A DNA stretch of 64,000 nt from Bacteroidota bacterium (GTDB taxonomy: Bacteria; Bacteroidota; Bacteroidia; Sphingobacteriales; Sphingobacteriaceae). The translations under genes and the position numbers were made by a program. The notes below the pieces were generated by a model that was not told the origin of the DNA, made no database searches, and saw only the letters and a list, made by a program, of their open reading frames with translations. This document shows, piece after piece, positions 27,268 to 36,103 of this stretch (positions are counted from its first letter, which is position 1; each line of letters starts with the position of its first letter). The DNA is taken from assembly GCA_040384965.1 (NCBI GenBank), contig JAZKIH010000075.1, positions 65,709-129,708 of the forward strand, read 5' to 3'.

Positions 27268-29433
27268 ATGAAACGCATACTCACTCTTATAATTCTCTCA
27301 GCATTAGTTAGTCTATCATCATGTCAGAAACAGGATGCCACTGAAGGCACTGTGGCGAAAGACATTGATGATCTCAAAGTTCCTGCAGGCTTTACATGGG
27401 AGAGTTCCAGAGACATATATTTTGAGATTAGTATCACGGATACAAAATTCTCCTCAGCTATTCACGTGGTTTCAATTTACGATGCAGACCCGGCTCGTAA
27501 CGGGAAGCTTTTGGCAAAAGGATCAGGTTCTATCTCTTCGCCTTTCATGACAAAAGTGTACTTGCCAAATACGATTAAAGAAGTATTTGTTGTTAAAACG
27601 GCGTCCGATAATAGTGAGACCATGCAGAAGGTAGCCGTCACTGGTATAAAGTTAGATGTGAAATTAAGCGGAGTGATTAAAGACGGCGTATTATCAACAA
27701 ATCAGGGAAAAATTTCGGGCTTAAGTGACAGTCCGGATTGCGCTACCGGATGTACGCAAACAATAACATCCAGCAATACCAATCTTAACGTTAATAATGG
27801 CGATGTAATTTGTGTTACAGGAAATAATATAACTATTGGGTTCAATGGCAATGGGGGGACTGTCAGGATTTGCGGCAGCAACGTAACTGTTCAAAACGCA
27901 AATTTAAATAATAGTGCCAAGCTAATAATTACCCGAACTGCATCGGTTACATTCAGTAATCTTAATATGAATGGCACTTCATCTGAATTTATCAACTACG
28001 GTACAACTTCGGTCAATGGTTCATTTTCACCAAAGGGCACCATTACGAACGAGGGAAAGTTAACTACGGGCGGAGACTTTAATCTGAACACAGATACTGA
28101 CTTTTTAAATAATGGGGTGCTCAACGTCGGTGCTACAATGAACGTAAATACGAACACTGTTGCAATTAATAACGGTTCAATAACTACTACCCAGCATTTT
28201 GAGTTAAACAGCAATAGCGATTTCATCAATAATTGCTTTATATGGGCTAAAGGCGAATACAAGCACAATGCCGACATGTTTAATCATGGACTTATAAAAG
28301 TTAATAGCACTACTACCGTAAACGGCAACAGTTTATTATCTCTTCATAATGGTGCTATGTTATCAACGAAGGATATCAAGTTAAATGGTGAAATAATTGG
28401 AGTGGGTACCAGATCAGTTGTGAAAGTCACTGGTGAATCGACTCTTAACGGCGGCGGCAGTGTTAAGAATTCGGTGCAGTTCTGTGATGCCAATGGGGTC
28501 GAAACTAATAAGTCTCCATTTAGCGGTGGTGCCAGTCTGGGATGTAATCAATATATTCCGGTTACTAATTGTAATACAGAAGGAAACGGACAGGCCCCAA
28601 TTGCTGATAGTGACGGCGATGGTGTTAATGATCCGCAGGATGAATATCCTGCAGACCCAACAAAGGCATTTAATAACTATTATCCATCATCATCCCCCAC
28701 GTCTGGAGCTACCGTTGCATTTGAGGATCAATGGCCAAGAAAAGGTGATTATGATATGAATGATGTTGTAGTTTCCTATCGGTACAAGATCGTAACCAGT
28801 GCCCAAAACAAAGTTGTGCAGGTAAATGGTGATTACACATTACACGCATCCGGCGGAAATCTGAAAAATGCATTTGCCGTTGAATTTCCATTAAACCGAA
28901 GCTCAGCAAGCTCGGTAACCGGGGGGACTCTGGAAACTAATCAGGACAAGGCAGTGATTATATTGTTTTCAAATATGCGTGCTGAAATGGTGAATTGGAA
29001 CACCGTGCCAGGTGAGGCGACTACAGCTGAGAAAAACTACAGTATTTCCTTTAATGTGACCAATGGCCCATCTTTAAGTGTTTTTGGGTTGGGCTCCTAT
29101 AATCCTTTTATATGGGACAATGGATCGCTGATCGGCAGAGGATATGAAATTCACCTTCCGGGGCAAACACCTACTAACCGGGCAAATTCTTCCATCTTTG
29201 GAACTGACGACGATAATACTAATCCCGGTGCAGCAAGATATTATTTAACTGCAGGCAACTTGCCCTGGGCTATCAGCATGCCGGTTAAGCCTTTTAAATA
29301 TCCTAAAGAACAAACGCCTATTGTGGGAGGTTATCTCAAATTTCAAACATGGGCAGAATCTGGAGGAAGCCAGTTTGTTGACTGGTATTCTAATACTTCA
29401 ACGGGCTACCAGGATCTAACCAAGTTATATTAG
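27268..29433 (+). CDS. LruC-domain lipoprotein with an Asn-rich beta-solenoid-like N-terminal half
   Basis: 721 aa. Lipobox is LVSLSSC. About 300 aa of N/G/T-rich ~20-25-aa periodic sequence follow. It also has a thrombospondin-type-3-like Ca-binding motif DSDGDGVNDPQDEYPADP and the LruC signature AFEDQWPRKGDYDMNDVVV. Confidence 0.8.
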   Translation: MKRILTLIILSALVSLSSCQKQDATEGTVAKDIDDLKVPAGFTWESSRDIYFEISITDTKFSSAIHVVSIYDADPARNGKLLAKGSGSISSPFMTKVYLPNTIKEVFVVKTASDNSETMQKVAVTGIKLDVKLSGVIKDGVLSTNQGKISGLSDSPDCATGCTQTITSSNTNLNVNNGDVICVTGNNITIGFNGNGGTVRICGSNVTVQNANLNNSAKLIITRTASVTFSNLNMNGTSSEFINYGTTSVNGSFSPKGTITNEGKLTTGGDFNLNTDTDFLNNGVLNVGATMNVNTNTVAINNGSITTTQHFELNSNSDFINNCFIWAKGEYKHNADMFNHGLIKVNSTTTVNGNSLLSLHNGAMLSTKDIKLNGEIIGVGTRSVVKVTGESTLNGGGSVKNSVQFCDANGVETNKSPFSGGASLGCNQYIPVTNCNTEGNGQAPIADSDGDGVNDPQDEYPADPTKAFNNYYPSSSPTSGATVAFEDQWPRKGDYDMNDVVVSYRYKIVTSAQNKVVQVNGDYTLHASGGNLKNAFAVEFPLNRSSASSVTGGTLETNQDKAVIILFSNMRAEMVNWNTVPGEATTAEKNYSISFNVTNGPSLSVFGLGSYNPFIWDNGSLIGRGYEIHLPGQTPTNRANSSIFGTDDDNTNPGAARYYLTAGNLPWAISMPVKPFKYPKEQTPIVGGYLKFQTWAESGGSQFVDWYSNTSTGYQDLTKLY

Positions 29434-29504
29434 CGTTTTTGTGATGCATCGGTATCATAAAGGCAAGTCTCTTATACAACTATCTCATTCCATTAGTCGG
29501 CTGA

Positions 29505-30404
29505 ATGAGATGGGCTTTCCGGCTGCTCGTGAGTAGAGTTAAAAATTATATAACTTTAATTCGGCCGCATCAATGGATTAAAAACCTATTCATTTTTGCT
29601 CCTTTCTTTTTTGGGTTTCATTTTTCCTCAGCAAATATTAAAACTCTTGCGATAGGATTTGGGATATTTTGCTTAAGCGCGAGTGCTGTCTATATCCTCA
29701 ATGATTTTTTAGATGTTAATGAAGACAGGCTCCACCCAACAAAACGCAACCGTCCATTAGCCGCCGGAAATATTTCAAAATCATCCGCAATGATAGTGAT
29801 GCTTGTTATATTGAGTGTTTCGATTTTAGGAGCATACCTTCTGAACCGGGATTTTTTTTATATAATATTGATCTATGTCGTTCAGAATATTTTATACTCT
29901 TATAAGTTGAAGCACATCTCCATACTTGATATATCTTTAATATCAACCGGGTTTGTATTGCGCATTCTGGCTGGAGCTGTATTGATTCAAGTCCAGGCGT
30001 CGGTCTGGATCGTGCTCGTCACCTTTCTTTTATCCATATTTCTGGCCCTTGCGAAAAGGAGAGATGATGTGCTGCTGTCTTCAAAAGGAACTCCAAGTGT
30101 TCGTCGGAATATTGACGGCTATAATCTTGAATTTGTTAATGCCGGGATGATACTTACTTCAGGAATGACGATATGTGCTTATGTTTTATATACTGTGCAG
30201 CCGGAAGTCATGTTGAGGTTTGGATCTAATAACGTGTATCTTACCTCAGTCTTTGTCATCATGGGTATTTTAAGGTATATGCAAATCACCTTTGTGGAGA
30301 ACAATTCCGGGAACCCTACCTTAATTCTTTTGAAGGATACATTTCTTCAATTTGTACTCCTAGCCTGGCTGTTGAGCTTTATGATTTTTTTTCTTAACTG
30401 GTAA
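29505..30404 (+). CDS. UbiA-family polyprenyl-phosphate 5-phosphoribosyltransferase (Rv3806c / DPPR synthase-like)
   Basis: 299 aa, polytopic. IRPHQWIKN and SASAVYILNDFLDVNEDRLHPTKRNRPLAAG closely parallel the M. tuberculosis Rv3806c motifs IRPRQWVKN and NDVRDVEADREHPTKRFRPIAAG, which I recalled from memory. Confidence 0.8.
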   Translation: MRWAFRLLVSRVKNYITLIRPHQWIKNLFIFAPFFFGFHFSSANIKTLAIGFGIFCLSASAVYILNDFLDVNEDRLHPTKRNRPLAAGNISKSSAMIVMLVILSVSILGAYLLNRDFFYIILIYVVQNILYSYKLKHISILDISLISTGFVLRILAGAVLIQVQASVWIVLVTFLLSIFLALAKRRDDVLLSSKGTPSVRRNIDGYNLEFVNAGMILTSGMTICAYVLYTVQPEVMLRFGSNNVYLTSVFVIMGILRYMQITFVENNSGNPTLILLKDTFLQFVLLAWLLSFMIFFLNW

Positions 30405-30415
30405 TCTGATCTGTA

Positions 30416-31714
30416 ATGAAATTGCATGCTTGGGGGAATTATCCGGAAGTTGACGCACTGATATATTATTATCGGGGTCAAACGGATTTATCGCCGATGC
30501 TGAATACGCGAGCACCATTTATAGCATTCGGAAATGGACGAAGTTATGGAGATTCTGCTTTATCCGAAAAGGTATTGAGGATGACACAACACAACCGTAT
30601 GTTGAGTTTTGATAATGAGCTTGGCAAACTTACATGTGAGTCCGGCCTTTTACTATCTGACATTATAAAAGTGTTCCTGCCAAGAGGTTGGTTTCTTCAG
30701 GTTACTCCCGGTACGAAACTTATAACAGTCGGTGGTGCGATCGCCGCCGACATCCATGGTAAGAACCATCATCAGCTGGGTTGCTTTAGCTCATGTGTGG
30801 AGTCTTTTAAATTGGTGCTTCCGGATGATAGAATCGTTTCCTGCTCCGAGAAAGAAAACACAGATTTGTTTAGGGCAACTTGTGGTGGAATGGGTTTGAC
30901 GGGTATAATTATCGAAGCAACACTATTTTTAAAGAAAGTGCAATCCAGTAAAATTTCACAAACTACCATTAAAAACGCTGATCTTGAACAGACCTTTGAA
31001 GCATTTGAGAAATATAAAAACTCACCATACTCAGTCGCATGGATCGATTGCTTAGCTAAAGGGAAGTCTATGGGGCGTTCTCTATTGATGTGTGGCGAAT
31101 TTCTTACTGATGGCCATCTTGATTATCGGGAAAAGAAATCCATGAATGTACCTCGGTTTTTTCCAGCCTTTCTATTGAATGCGTTAACGGTGAGGGTATT
31201 CAATTTCGTTTACTATAATAAAGTTGTCAATAGAATTACGACGAAAGATGTCAGTGTCGATAGCTTTTTCTATCCTCTGGACGCGATTAAAAACTGGAAC
31301 AGGGTGTATGGTAAAAATGGTTTTGTTCAATACCAGTTTATCCTACCTAAGGATAATAGTTTTGAAGGTCTGAGGGAGATTTTACACATAATCGCCGAAA
31401 GTGGAAAGGGATCTTTCCTCGCTGTACTGAAATTATATGGGGAAGAAAATGAAAACTATTTATCTTTTCCAATAGAGGGGTATAGTTTAGCACTAGATTT
31501 TAAAATTGAAAATGGATTGTTTGAATTATTAAACGAACTTGACATATTGGTATTAAAATATTCCGGGCGAATATACTTAGCGAAAGATGCAAGGGTGTCG
31601 AAGGAAGTCTTTGAGAAGGGCTATCCGAAAATTACCGTTTTTCGTGATCTTAGAGATAGGTTCGGCATGAAAAATATATTCAGCTCACGACAGTCTGAGC
31701 GATTGGGTTTATAA
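30416..31714 (+). CDS. dprE1: FAD-dependent polyprenylphospho-ribose 2'-oxidase (DprE1-like)
   Basis: 432 aa. Motifs match DprE1 along the whole length: GNGRSYGDS, VTPGTKLITVGGAIAADIHGKNHH, GGMGLTGII, FFYPLDAIKNWNRVYGKNGFVQYQF, SFPIEGYSLALDF and GRIYLAKDARV. Confidence 0.85.
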   Translation: MKLHAWGNYPEVDALIYYYRGQTDLSPMLNTRAPFIAFGNGRSYGDSALSEKVLRMTQHNRMLSFDNELGKLTCESGLLLSDIIKVFLPRGWFLQVTPGTKLITVGGAIAADIHGKNHHQLGCFSSCVESFKLVLPDDRIVSCSEKENTDLFRATCGGMGLTGIIIEATLFLKKVQSSKISQTTIKNADLEQTFEAFEKYKNSPYSVAWIDCLAKGKSMGRSLLMCGEFLTDGHLDYREKKSMNVPRFFPAFLLNALTVRVFNFVYYNKVVNRITTKDVSVDSFFYPLDAIKNWNRVYGKNGFVQYQFILPKDNSFEGLREILHIIAESGKGSFLAVLKLYGEENENYLSFPIEGYSLALDFKIENGLFELLNELDILVLKYSGRIYLAKDARVSKEVFEKGYPKITVFRDLRDRFGMKNIFSSRQSERLGL

Positions 31715-32448
31715 TGGAAAAATGGTTATTAATACTTGGGGCTAACAGCGATATCGCAATTGCTACTGCTCATCAGTTTTCATCATTTGGGTGGAATATA
31801 ATGCTTTGTTCCCGTAATGTAGAAAATCTGCAAAGAGTAGCGGCTGATCTTCATATCAGGCATAATGTACAAGTCAAAGTGATGTACTTTGATGCCTCAG
31901 ACTTTGGTTCTCATAGAGCATTTTATGAAGGCTTGCCCAAACAACCGGATGGGGTGATTTTAGCTTTTGGCTATCTTGGAGACCAGTATCGCGCCCAGGC
32001 AGATTTCCAGGAATCCAGGGAGATTATCAATGTAAACTATTCGGGTGCCGTGAGTATTCTTGAAATTATTTCAGTTAAAATGGAAGCTGCGCAAAAAGGT
32101 TTCATTGTTGGAGTAAGTTCGGTGGCGGGAGATCGCGGCAGAGCCAGTAATTATATTTACGGATCGGCGAAAGGAGCTTTCTCTGTATATTTAAGTGGAT
32201 TGCGTCATCGGATGTTTGCTTCAAATGTTAGTGTGCTAACGGTTAAGCCGGGCTTTGTGGCTACAAAAATGACAGCCGATTTGAACTTGCCAAAATTGTT
32301 AACTGCCGATCCCGAACAAGTTGCGAAGGCAATTTATGGCGGTGTGCAAAAGAGAAAAAATGTGATTTATGTTAAACCCATCTGGCAGCTTATAATGACG
32401 GTAATACAGCTGCTTCCTGAGTTTATTTTTAAACGGACTAAACTTTAG
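31714..32448 (+). CDS. dprE2: Short-chain dehydrogenase/reductase, DprE2-like 2'-keto reductase
   Basis: 244 aa. Rossmann motif is LILGANSDIA and the catalytic motif is YGSAKGA (YxxxK). Blocks FDASDFGSH, AFGYLGD, INVNYSGAVS, KPGFVATKM and PEFIFKR parallel Rv3791. Its start overlaps the dprE1-like stop (TAATG). Confidence 0.8.
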   Translation: MEKWLLILGANSDIAIATAHQFSSFGWNIMLCSRNVENLQRVAADLHIRHNVQVKVMYFDASDFGSHRAFYEGLPKQPDGVILAFGYLGDQYRAQADFQESREIINVNYSGAVSILEIISVKMEAAQKGFIVGVSSVAGDRGRASNYIYGSAKGAFSVYLSGLRHRMFASNVSVLTVKPGFVATKMTADLNLPKLLTADPEQVAKAIYGGVQKRKNVIYVKPIWQLIMTVIQLLPEFIFKRTKL

Positions 32449-33042
32449 ATGAGGCTCGCTTTATTTGATTTTGATGGAACGCTGACTAGTGAAGATTCAT
32501 TACAGCATTTTATCATATTTTCCATAGGGCGATGGAAATACATTATTGGCTTAATGCTTCTCAGTCCTATTCTTGTTTCATATTTTCTGGGTTTGATTTC
32601 AAATGATAAGGCAAAGGAAATATTAGTGGGCTATTTTTTTAAAGGCTGGTCTGTATCTAGTTTTAATGAAATAGCGGAACGGTATTCCCTCAATGAAATT
32701 CAAAAGATCATTCGGCCAAAGGCAATGGAAAGGATCGAATACCATCAGGCAAACAACGATCGGATAATTGTGGTATCTGCATCCCTCCGGCCGTGGATAG
32801 AGCCTTGGTGCCGGTCCAACAAAATCGAAGTTATAGCTACAACCTTACAAGATGAAAATGGAATAATTACCGGGAGGTTTTCATCTAAGAATTGTAATGG
32901 TCCTGAGAAAGTTGTACAAATTAGAAAGATCGTAAATCTAGAAAGCTACGACAAGATATTTGCATATGGAGACAGTTCCGGCGATATGGAAATGTTGGAA
33001 TTAGCAACGGATGACTTAGGTTTCAAGAAGTTGTTTCATTGA
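32449..33042 (+). CDS. HAD-superfamily (subfamily IB-like) phosphatase
   Basis: 197 aa. HAD motif I is LALFDFDGTLT. Motif II is VVSAS and motif IV is YGDSSGDMEML. Its ATG directly abuts the upstream TAG. Confidence 0.8.
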   Translation: MRLALFDFDGTLTSEDSLQHFIIFSIGRWKYIIGLMLLSPILVSYFLGLISNDKAKEILVGYFFKGWSVSSFNEIAERYSLNEIQKIIRPKAMERIEYHQANNDRIIVVSASLRPWIEPWCRSNKIEVIATTLQDENGIITGRFSSKNCNGPEKVVQIRKIVNLESYDKIFAYGDSSGDMEMLELATDDLGFKKLFH

Positions 33043-33045
33043 TGT

Positions 33046-34407
33046 ATGAGTCATCAAGTAAAGCCTTTCGTTAATTTGAATAAAGCATTTTTTTTACGCT
33101 TTCTTACTTTTTTCCTAAGCTTTTCATTGTTAGTGATTTTTATCTATCAATGTATTAAGGGTTATGAAAAGAGTTCGTGGAACATTACAGAATGGTTAAT
33201 AAATTATGAAGGTGGATTTGTCCGGCGTGGCTTGCCCGGACAGCTTATACTCTTCATGTATGAAAATTTGAATGTAAACCCGTATTATTTTATAATAGGT
33301 TTGTGTGCGGTATCTTACATAACTTTCGTTGGGATCATATTTTACCACTCTCAACACAAAAAGTTCCCAAATATTTTACTTCCTTCGGCCTTTTTGCTTG
33401 GAGGACCTATCATTAATGATTTCTGGGTTAGAAAGGACGTGACCCTGCTTTTGTTTTTCATTTCTGCGCTCTACATAATTAAAAGCTATCGAAGTTTCGC
33501 TAGCGTCCTTGCATTCAATATAATAATAGTCATAGCCCTTCTGTGCCACGAAACTTTTGGTTTTTGGGCACTGAGCACGTTGATACTAGTTTACACGCTA
33601 AGTATCCCGGACAAAAAGCAACGTTCTTTTTTGCACGAATTGAGTTGTAGTTTGGGATATTTTTCGCCATCTATTATCGTGTTTCTTATCTGTATTTATT
33701 TCAAAGGTAATTTGGATATCGCGAATACTATATGGTCCTCTTGGGAAGATATTACATTTCCGAAGCCTGGATTGCTAGACACGGTACCACCAGCAGCTAT
33801 TCACTCGCTATCTTGGAGTTTAAGGCAGGGTATGAGCCTCTCTTTTTATTTGCTGGTGGAATTCTCCTACGGTATCTATGTTCCGGCAGGAATATTTTTC
33901 ACTCTTATGTCGGTCTATCTGCTCCTATCAAATTCACCCGAAATCAAGGCTGTTGACAATAGTAAATCGAGGAATGGAATATTCGACTCTTTGATCGAAA
34001 AAGATATTCTTGCTAAATGGTTGATAATACAATTTGTTTTAATATTCCCATTATTCATCTTAGGATGGGATTATGGCCGCTGGATCTTTATATGGTCTGC
34101 CAGTTCCTTATCCTTGTTTTTAATACTCCCGTTAGAAACTCATCAGGGAATGAGGGAATTTAAAATTTGGAGAGTGTTAACAAGAGTAAAGCAGAATACC
34201 TTTCGACTTATTTTTGGCAAACTAATTTCGAGGCTACCCATATCTCAATCTCCCCGAAAGTTTCAATTTTTTGTTTTGTTATTTTTATTTACGGGGGTTT
34301 CAGTAACAGGCTGGAATCTTTTAACGTTCATTATTACATCTCCATTGGGCATCATCTCACGGCTGCTTTTTTTAATTAGTCGGGGATCATTAGGAAACTT
34401 AGGATAG
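33046..34407 (+). CDS. Polytopic membrane protein of unknown family (candidate lipid-linked-sugar-dependent glycosyltransferase)
   Basis: 453 aa with roughly 10-12 hydrophobic spans. The first loop contains NYEGGFVRRGLPGQ. It starts 4 nt after the HAD stop and is the last gene of the plus-strand operon. The function is inferred from context only. Confidence 0.6.
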   Translation: MSHQVKPFVNLNKAFFLRFLTFFLSFSLLVIFIYQCIKGYEKSSWNITEWLINYEGGFVRRGLPGQLILFMYENLNVNPYYFIIGLCAVSYITFVGIIFYHSQHKKFPNILLPSAFLLGGPIINDFWVRKDVTLLLFFISALYIIKSYRSFASVLAFNIIIVIALLCHETFGFWALSTLILVYTLSIPDKKQRSFLHELSCSLGYFSPSIIVFLICIYFKGNLDIANTIWSSWEDITFPKPGLLDTVPPAAIHSLSWSLRQGMSLSFYLLVEFSYGIYVPAGIFFTLMSVYLLLSNSPEIKAVDNSKSRNGIFDSLIEKDILAKWLIIQFVLIFPLFILGWDYGRWIFIWSASSLSLFLILPLETHQGMREFKIWRVLTRVKQNTFRLIFGKLISRLPISQSPRKFQFFVLLFLFTGVSVTGWNLLTFIITSPLGIISRLLFLISRGSLGNLG

Positions 34408-34448
34408 CGTAAGTTCTAAGCGTGGACTAGACGATTTATGTTTGAAAG

Positions 34449-35258
34449 TTAGTTATGAATTTGGGTCTTATTCTTGATAAGTTCGAAGATACCGCACCCA
34501 TAATAATTACAGTTAAAGTTTGATGCGATACCTTCCTCGGTTAACTCCGCATTTTCGAAAAGATCGCCACTGTCGTCTACATAACTAAAGCTCCGGATAT
34601 TGTAATTTGGTTGGAGAATACCAAGCAAATAGGCGACACTAAAAACCCGTTGCTCATTAAACTCTATCCTTTGTTTTCCTATAGGCACAGAAAAGTAAAA
34701 TATGCCATTATCCGATAGCATCTTATGTATCGTTTTTAAAGCTTTTAAATGACCATCAATGTCGATTGGGTCACCGTATCTGCCTAGGCCAAAATGTTCA
34801 ATGGCATGTAGTGACGATATGGAGTCGCAACAAGCCTCCATGTCTCTGGGAAGCTGGGTCAAATCAGCCTGAGAAAACTTAATATTCTTTACAAAGCTTT
34901 TTTGCGGCCTTATGTCAAAGATTTCAATTTCTCTAAAAATGGATACATGAGCTACAAATCCGTCGATTCTGGACCCAATGTCAATATGCCTTATTGGCTT
35001 GTTTTCATATACTTTACGCGCAACCAGGATATCCTGATGGAAGTAATTCCCTTTCATAGTCCCGCTTTCAGAATCCATTTCATTAAGAACAGGAGAAAAT
35101 CTGCCGAAACTGAAGTCAGTACTACCTCTCATTTGTTTTTTAAGTGTCCTGTATCCCCTTATATAGGCCGGAAATTTTGTTATAAGATCGATAAATTTCG
35201 ACCCGTTAAATCCGAGCAGGAGAAACAATAGTTCTATTTCTTTTACGAGTCTTTTCAT
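34449..35258 (-). CDS. Class I SAM-dependent methyltransferase (DUF268-like)
   Basis: 269 aa. Motif-I-like sequence is IRHIDIGSRIDGF. It also has SSLHAIEHFGLGRYGDPID. It is the last gene of the minus-strand glycan operon. Confidence 0.65.
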   Translation of the reverse strand: MKRLVKEIELLFLLLGFNGSKFIDLITKFPAYIRGYRTLKKQMRGSTDFSFGRFSPVLNEMDSESGTMKGNYFHQDILVARKVYENKPIRHIDIGSRIDGFVAHVSIFREIEIFDIRPQKSFVKNIKFSQADLTQLPRDMEACCDSISSLHAIEHFGLGRYGDPIDIDGHLKALKTIHKMLSDNGIFYFSVPIGKQRIEFNEQRVFSVAYLLGILQPNYNIRSFSYVDDSGDLFENAELTEEGIASNFNCNYYGCGIFELIKNKTQIHN

Positions 35259-35261
35259 AAT

Positions 35262-36083
35262 CTATATCACATCTTCAATTACGTCGCACCATATAAATTT
35301 TTTTGTCATTATTCCTTTCGGATGTTCTTTATTCAACCGAAATCCGAGCCAGTTTTTTGGTGCATAAACTTTATTTTGTTTTTCGCTGAGATAAGAAGCC
35401 CACCAGGAAAAACTGCTATTGGAAATTATCGCGATATCGGCATTTTTGATAATTTGAAAATCGATGATTTCTGAGTTTTCTGAGAAGATAAAATTTTCTT
35501 TAACATCAAATTCCTTTTTGACGAAATCGATATCGTCGCTTAGGAAAAATACACGATACGAGCTTAAATCAGAAATGTTATTCAGGCGATTTTTGAAATA
35601 TTCGATCGGAAGGGAAATGTCTCTTTTACCATAATTCAGGTAGTCGGTCCGGCGAATATGAATAGCGATCGTTTTGTTATGGTCGAATATATCGCCATAT
35701 AAGTTTCTAAATTGATCAATGTACTTTTTTTTGAGTTTGAGCTGTAATTTATCAGGTGTTTGATTTATATACCAATCAGTTTGGAAGAAACCAGTATAGA
35801 TTGTATTATTTTTAATTTCGACTGGTTTCGGAACCTGGATATTTTGAATGTAAACTTCTTTGAATTTAAGGGCCTTCGGAATTATCCTCATTAGCACGGA
35901 GTACAATTTTGAATTAAGGGTCAAATTGTTGAAGACCCCCAGATCGAAATACTTCGCAAAATAAGCGTGATGTGGGTTCGGGAAAAAGAAAATTTGATGC
36001 TTCGACAAAGACTTTAAATATCTGAGGAAAGTAAATTGAAATAGCTGATTTCCCAGTCTGCCGTTAAACTTAACGCCGATCAT
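35262..36083 (-). CDS. GT11-family alpha-1,2-fucosyltransferase-like glycosyltransferase
   Basis: 273 aa. GT11 signature blocks are GRLGNQLFQF, IAIHIRRTDYL and ISNSSFSWWASYL. Confidence 0.85.
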   Translation of the reverse strand: MIGVKFNGRLGNQLFQFTFLRYLKSLSKHQIFFFPNPHHAYFAKYFDLGVFNNLTLNSKLYSVLMRIIPKALKFKEVYIQNIQVPKPVEIKNNTIYTGFFQTDWYINQTPDKLQLKLKKKYIDQFRNLYGDIFDHNKTIAIHIRRTDYLNYGKRDISLPIEYFKNRLNNISDLSSYRVFFLSDDIDFVKKEFDVKENFIFSENSEIIDFQIIKNADIAIISNSSFSWWASYLSEKQNKVYAPKNWLGFRLNKEHPKGIMTKKFIWCDVIEDVI

Positions 36084-36103
36084 TATAGTGCGATTTAATT
36101 TCT

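Noticed and set aside
29505-32448. The possibility that the DprE1/DprE2/Rv3806c-like genes are actinobacterial contamination or a very recent transfer.
   Set aside because: The genes are AT-rich with the same codon style and tight spacing as their neighbours. They are physically contiguous with T9SS and Bacteroidota-type EPS genes. They are divergent rather than near-identical to the mycobacterial proteins.
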